DNA of 63,660 bases, the filler included, from Klebsormidium nitens (Eukaryota; Plantae; Klebsormidiophyceae), in assembly GCA_000708835.1 (NCBI GenBank). It is 5 parts of 5 records of this genome, joined end to end, with 100 filler letters (N's around TTAATTAATTAA, not from the genome) between each part and the next. Parts side by side here need not be neighbours in the genome. Positions count along the whole stretch, not along the records: positions 51,500 to 63,660 come from DF238120.1; 4 more parts are not named here. One strand, 5' to 3'. The notes under the pieces are model-generated. The model saw only the letters and a list, made by a program, of their open reading frames with translations. It was not told where the DNA came from and searched no databases. A program made the translations under genes and the position numbers. Of this stretch, positions 58,001 through 63,660 are shown in pieces. Within the stretch, counting starts at the first letter, position 1, and every line of letters starts with the position of its first letter.

Positions 58001-58919
58001 ATACCTGCTCCGGGGGGGCCTTGGCCGCGTCATGCAAGAGGCTGTCGAGGCTGAGCACCTGGACAAGGACAAGATGGTCGAGGGCACTTTCCAGGGGGGG
58101 AATCCGGGGAACCCATATATGACCAAGACCAAGGGCGAAGACGGCCGATGGCACTATGATAAAGATGGTCCTCGGAGAGAGATGAAGGTTAGAGCTCGCA
58201 TTCACCTTTGCTTCCATTCTTGAAGCGACGCTCGAGGGCCTCGCATAAACAGCTTGCACTTGTTCCGTAATTCTAGCTTCCGTGGGCTCAATCAGCATTG
58301 CTGTGAAGTACGCTTGGTAATTATCTTCCCACGTTTCACTCTCTTTCTCTACTTTGAGGCCCAAAGTGGATCCGAGCACAACACCTGACCAATATAAGAT
58401 TCTGTCACAAACCTGATGTGTCACTTGAACGAGTATTGATGACGGAATTCTGTTCTGCAGAAACAACACATCACCGAGTACGTGATGCAGAAGACAAACC
58501 GGCTTCTATACTACCGATTGAACCATTACTGGAACCAAAGATGGTTAGCTGAGTTGTTCGATAGGGTTAGGGCAAACCTTGGTGCATTCGAGCAAAGCAC
58601 GCAGCAGGCTGTTGAGGCCGAGATAGACGAGGATGACGAGCTTCTCGAAGAAGTTTTAAACGAGCAGGAAGAGGAGGCTAGTCGATGGTCAGGGGCAGCT
58701 GGGCAGGTCAATCATAATGTTTGCGCCATGTGTCAACATGAGGAGGCGGCTAGCACAAACCCTCTGGTAAAGTGCTCAATGTGCTTCCGAAGGTTCCATA
58801 GGTTGTGTCATTCACCTGCTATAGCGCAGACAGAGGGTGAGAGCTCCCAGTGGCACTGCGCAGACTGCCACGACCCAGGTGCTGCGTTAGGAAATGACGG
58901 TGACAGTGACAGTAGCTAG
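52044..58919 (+). CDS. RAG1/Transib-like DDE transposase with N-terminal coiled coil, internal LysM-like motif and C-terminal PHD finger, ~1145 aa; exons 52044-52325, 52563-52628, 52953-54176, 54635-54826, 55839-56344, 56985-57140, 57474-57832, 57994-58187, 58461-58919
   Basis: All introns are GT-AG with compatible phases; the CDS totals 3438 nt and follows the open frames of the ORF track. Motifs in RAG1 order: IAWTMDAR (D1), LIPGDMS (D2), PCGRC, PFCSEH (C/DxxH), CKGKVARDLL, YYIHTVCCH (HxxxxH), GGLGRVMQEAVEAEH (E). Exons 1-2 are the least certain. Confidence 0.8.
54910..55603 (+). repeat. 15-bp minisatellite (gtggtcggggcagga-like) spanning an N gap, inside transposase intron 4
   Basis: Units are visible on both sides of the 55002-55578 gap. 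Confidence 0.85.
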
Positions 58920-59787
58920 CACTTGATGCAAACATGTACTATGTGTATATAATTATTTCCAAGATTGAGATCCATGAGTCGGACTTGACCTGCTAACATG
59001 GCCAGCCTCGGCCACAGTCCCGGGACCTGATTCGTGGTTCATGAGTTGTCATCAACTGCTATACTCTGTGACTGCTGATTAATATATTCAAATTATTCTG
59101 CCTCTCGCAAGCTCGAGATCGACATGCAATTACTTATATAGTTGTCAATGATGGTGACTCTGGCCGGTCGGTCCGGTCATCCTAGGCAGCTAGGCTGAGC
59201 CTAGTAGCCTTGAATGAACCGTCTCATTCAATGGGATGATGTATTCACATATCATCTCAGAGACTGACTGCTAACTTATTGAAGGTGGCTAGTGCATGCA
59301 ATCTAAGGCCGCGGGCGGCTTCAATGATGCAGATGGACATGAGAAACATTGGCCGGCCGCTGCACGCGCATCATCTGGCAACGCCAAACCTGGCCGCGCC
59401 GCCTGGCCCCGATCATGCAAGCCCCTTCATGCGACATACATTTAAGAATTATATAGTATACGCAGTGACACATGTGCACCAAAGCCCCTCGTTCGCCACA
59501 TGCCACATATGCATTTGCTAACGTATGATGATATAGCTTGAATCACATAAACCGCTACTGCATGGGGATGCGGCATTGCATATATATTGAACTCATTTAA
59601 CAGCGCGCTGAAATACGGTATATGCGCATGATTGTGTACTCCATGCCATGCCGCAACTGCAAATGGTACTTGGATTTACAGTTGGATGGCATCATTGCAT
59701 CCGAGCACGATGTGCATTGATGCGGCTGTAACCGAACGGCAGTGCCCACATGCATGAATATCATGAAAGAACTGAATACGATTCTAT

Positions 59788-61173
59788 TCACTTTGGAACA
59801 CGTTTCATTGCGAGGGGATTACATCGAGTGTCCCACTGACTAGCCCCTGCAAGGTTGAACATCTCTAGCCCGTGCATCCTAACCTTCAATTTATCCCCTG
59901 CTGGCGCTAACTCAAAAACAATTGGCAGGTGGATCTCGTACGAGTTCATATCCCCTCCAACCCGTGCGGTTTGCGCATACTTTATCCACCAGTTCTGACC
60001 TAGCAAGGGTACCAGCTGCTCCTTTTGGTCAACTCGAAGCTGGATGCACGATTTCTTCTGGTTCCATGTAGTACAATCTAATAGACTGGGGGGCAGTAAG
60101 GCAACCTCTCGCAAAGTGCAGCGAACACTGCACTCGGGAACCCACTTATCTTTTATAACCGTCTTGTTAGCTACATATGCTTGGAGCCTCTCACCAAGTT
60201 CACGGGCTAGATCTGCAATCATGTCGCTTGCTTCGCTAGTATTCCTATAAGCCTGAGCCTGGAGGTATTTTAGAAGTCGAGGAAGGCTGCTCGGTCCCCG
60301 CGAACTTCCCTCCAGGTTGAAGTCAATATGCTTGAGGAGGCCCGAATCATAATCCCAGACGCTCTGTATCCAGAACATGCAAGAAGTGTGAAAGCAAGCC
60401 GGAAAGCTTTCACAGTACAAAACACAATATAAGATTCGCTCATACCACCTTCTCACTAAGCTTAGAAGAAAGACTCGCATGAAACGTCAGCTTGGTTCGT
60501 CAAACCGGCCAAACAGCCAACCAGCCAGAAATGAGCTCCCAAGACGTTTATCTAGAAGAGATTTTCGAGACTTGCTAACGATCAAACGCGAAGTACAGGA
60601 AATCCGATTACCGAGCGTGGACAAGTGCAATCAGAGAGTAGCATCTGAGCGAGACACACAAAGCTCGGGTTCACTTACCTTGTAGTACAGCCCGTCCAAG
60701 TTTTCTCCCACAAAGAAGGGTTGAACATCCGTCAGATCTAGAATCTCGTCAACTTCAAACTCAGCTCTATGCCTAGTTACGTACACCTCGCTGTCCTCTT
60801 TACTGCCTTGAAAGTCGCTTATACCGGACAGCACTCGAATATCTTCTGCTCGCCAAAAGAAATAGCCTGCCCCTGTCTTTCCTGACGGATGGTTTGGGGG
60901 AAAGAGCTCGGTGATAAGAAGGATGAATGGAGGGGTATTCTCCTGCTCGGGTCGGAGAAACACACACTGTCCTACGAACAGGGTCCCAGGTGAGTCATTA
61001 GGCATCAGCTTATACCAGCCTTTGCCTTTGAAAGTCAACGAGGAAATTAGGGTCTGCTCAATGGAGGGTGCCCACCAGGACAGAACCTGCTCAATAGAGA
61101 CTGTTTCGGAGGTCTCCCAACTCGCTAGAGCTGCAACACAAACCACTTGGATGAGTATGATATGCATGGGTCC
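59788..61173 (-). CDS. BAH-domain protein, last two exons (61173-60679, 60363-59788), convergent with the transposase; likely further exons up to ~63290 are unresolved and possibly decayed
   Basis: LFVGQCVFLRPEQENTPPFILLITELF..GYFFWRAEDI..EVYVTRHRAEFEVDEIL..LYYK|SVWDYDSG fits the BAH pattern (VGD-V-v-P, pyI-I-e, WF-R-e, Elf-s, Y-D-tg). The splice YYK|gtaagt...tacag|AGC is in phase 0. Confidence 0.7.
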
Positions 61174-63660
61174 CTGGAGACAAAATGCACTGCTTTGAAG
61201 ACAGTAGATCATTCACTAGACGAGTTGTGAGCAGTTGGGGCTGAAGCGGTGCATTGCATCCAAGTGTTCCCAGTCAACTCCACACCTCCAACGCCAGTCC
61301 ATGACAGCAAGCAAGACCCACTTCATAGTGCAGAGCAAAAGCGCGCAATCCAAGGTTTTGCTCGCAATCCAAGGGGAGTGCTCCGCACCTGGACCTTTCT
61401 GCTTCTTTCGCGCGCCGGCTGTGCCGCTCTTGACCGGCGACAACCCATCAATATCTACGCCTGCGCATGAAGTGCAGAAAGTGAGCAATCAATGGCACAT
61501 TTGTAATAAATCAGTGCAGACGCACAAAACTGGAAGAGCGATCGCCCCAATCCTGGATTGATTTTTTCAAGGGGTAATGCAACAGGGTGGAAGAGTCCCC
61601 CCTGAAAGATAATTTCGAGCTGTTTCCGAACCACTATTATCCAGGGAGGGGCAAACAACAGAGTAAGGCAGGGCTCCCTTGGGCAAAATGCCGCATGCAA
61701 AGTCACCGGCAACATACCAGGAACACCCCCCCTGGAAGAGGCCGCACAAATCGATTGCGCGGCGCTTTTGCAAGAAGCTCAGTAGTGACAAAGCGAAGCA
61801 GGCCCTATGGACAATTGTGCTGGTCCCAGTTATATAAGGTGGGAGCAATCCTTCCTTTTCAGAGAATACGACACAGACTCTAGACAGCAAGACCACCGCG
61901 GCACACCCGTCAGTGGACAACCGTCAGTCCTGGTATATGAAAGTGCAAGCCCCAAAGCAGGCCCATATGTAAGGTGAGGAACATGGTACTTCTTTGACGG
62001 CATAGCATCTGCCACTTCGCCCTGTTTAAATGAAGACTTAAGGCAGACCGCAACCCTTACTCCCCTGGCATTTGGGTCACTCACCTGCATCTAGCTGTGC
62101 GTAATTATGCACAGCCCGCCTCCGCTTCGCTTCCTTCCCCGCACTTGCAGACGTTGCTGACAACAGTGCAAGACAGCAAGCATTGAGTGTTTAACCCTTT
62201 TGGTACTATGCAAAAAGCAGATTTGCATATTATCAAGGAAGACTTGCAGGGAACAGAAACAATCGGTGATTGCTAATGTTATAATCATGAAAAAAGCGTA
62301 CCAGCAGACCAAACGTTTAATCATTCAGGGAAGTCACTCACATGCCTGGTTCTGCAATACTTCCGGAACAGGAGGCCTTGCAGTTGAGGCTACCGATGCT
62401 GGAGGTTCATCTGCTTGAGCACCGCGCTGAATTCCTGGACCAGAAGCAGGTACGGACCTTCTGGAAGGTGCTGCACAAGTATAAGGGTGTGCGCCAGGTA
62501 AGAAGCACTAGCCTGCCCGGCAAGTGTGGAATATAATCTATGTTGATCGAGAGTGGTTGAAATTGCTAAGTGTTCATGACCCTTGGCAGTCTTGGATTGC
62601 TGGAAAGAGGGAGGAAGCAGCATCTCAGCCACAGGCGCTGCAGGCCCTGCCACTGAAGGAAAGTTTGCAACCGCAGAGCAGTGGCCCCAGTACATGAGAC
62701 ACGCAAGAGCCGGGGAAGTAACCTGTCACAATGAACGAGCAGCAGATAGAGGCTGGATGATTACGAGCGATTATGCATGAATTCCTCTTTCACGCAGCTC
62801 TTCTTCTCTATCCTTACTCAGCTCCGACAAGGCCTGCCAAGGGTTGGCCAAGGGTTGGCCAAGGAATCAACCCAAAAACCCAAAGGATGAGAGAACTTCA
62901 GCGGACCAGTCCTGTCAAAAACAAGCCATCTGTTTACAGAAGGAAACCAAAGCTACAACTTCCATTTAATGCACACATTGAAGACACCTCACCTTTTGCA
63001 ACAGCCGCTACTGCTGGGATGTGCCATGGATAATTCCCCCACAGGTTCGTCAAGTCTGCACTTGGGTCCAGCCGCTTCATACATGCCTCTACTTGCACTT
63101 TGCTTGCCAAATAGACCCCTTTCTTCAGGGCTGGCTCCACCCCCGGGGGCCACATGTACCTGTCCATCCAGATCCGCTGCCCTGTCTTATCTATTGTTGA
63201 CCTACAGCCAACACCCCAGCTGAACCCTGGCGGTGCATATGGAGGCCCCTGCCCCCGCGCATTAGGTCCTACAGGGGGCACTTCAAACATGTTTCAACAC
63301 CAATGAAGTTGCCAGACAAAGGCGGGGCCTGCTCGCTGCAGCCAGAAGGGCCAGCTCGCCCCCGAGACACAAAACCTGGTGGCGCGGCTACAGAACAGGG
63401 GCTTGGCAACAGGGAAGTAGTCCACCCTGACAAAGACAGAATAGGTATAGTAGAGCTCAGCACCTTTTCCTTGACAATGGCGGCTGTGTTCGGTCTGCAG
63501 CTCGCAACAGCCCACCTTTCAACCTCTTTGCCCTGGCAAGGAAGGTGGGCCTAGGTAGATAGTATTACTGTATCGATCTGAGGTAGAGTCAGCATGGCGG
63601 CAGCGCGCTAGCGCACCCTGGCACTGGCGACCGGACCTGGCAGCGGACACGTAGGCCGCA

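Noticed and set aside
61216-61780. ULP1/C48 protease-like motifs (KWVLLAVMD..HLDAM; QKRRAIDLCGLF) or a SET-like RGVR motif in the partner gene
   Set aside because: The catalytic His is absent, the Cys motif lies upstream instead of downstream and in a doubtful frame, and no other SET motifs are present.

Overview
Eukaryotic, intron-containing, repeat-rich scaffold of about 50-55% GC by eye. It contains four 100-base spacer gaps (N44-TTAATTAATTAA-N44) and two plain N gaps. The splice style, TTTTAGGG-like repeats and gene content suggest a green or streptophyte alga (Klebsormidium-like; inference only). Four spliced or partly spliced genes were reconstructed by hand. (1) A 6-exon minus-strand VIT + vWA gene (16823-25126) of apparently actinobacterial type, carrying two FG-repeat blocks and a GLEBS-like motif. 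(2) A 10-exon minus-strand multi-PAS hybrid histidine kinase (31402-38208) with a single 1-nt frameshift. (3) A frame-intact 9-exon plus-strand gene (52044-58919, about 1145 aa) encoding a RAG1/Transib-type DDE transposase with an internal LysM motif and a C-terminal PHD finger. (4) A convergent minus-strand gene with a BAH domain (about 59788-61460, 5' part unclear). Genes 3 and 4 are the strongest candidate for an undescribed system: a ProtoRAG-like tail-to-tail transposase/partner pair armed with chromatin readers. The rest is decayed Ty1/copia and Ty3/gypsy retrotransposons, LTR fragments, several non-autonomous TIR elements with verifiable TSDs, a hairpin-bounded tRNA-like repeat, and a decayed gene with Upf1-like helicase motifs. 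All domain calls come from reading motifs by eye; no database searches were run.
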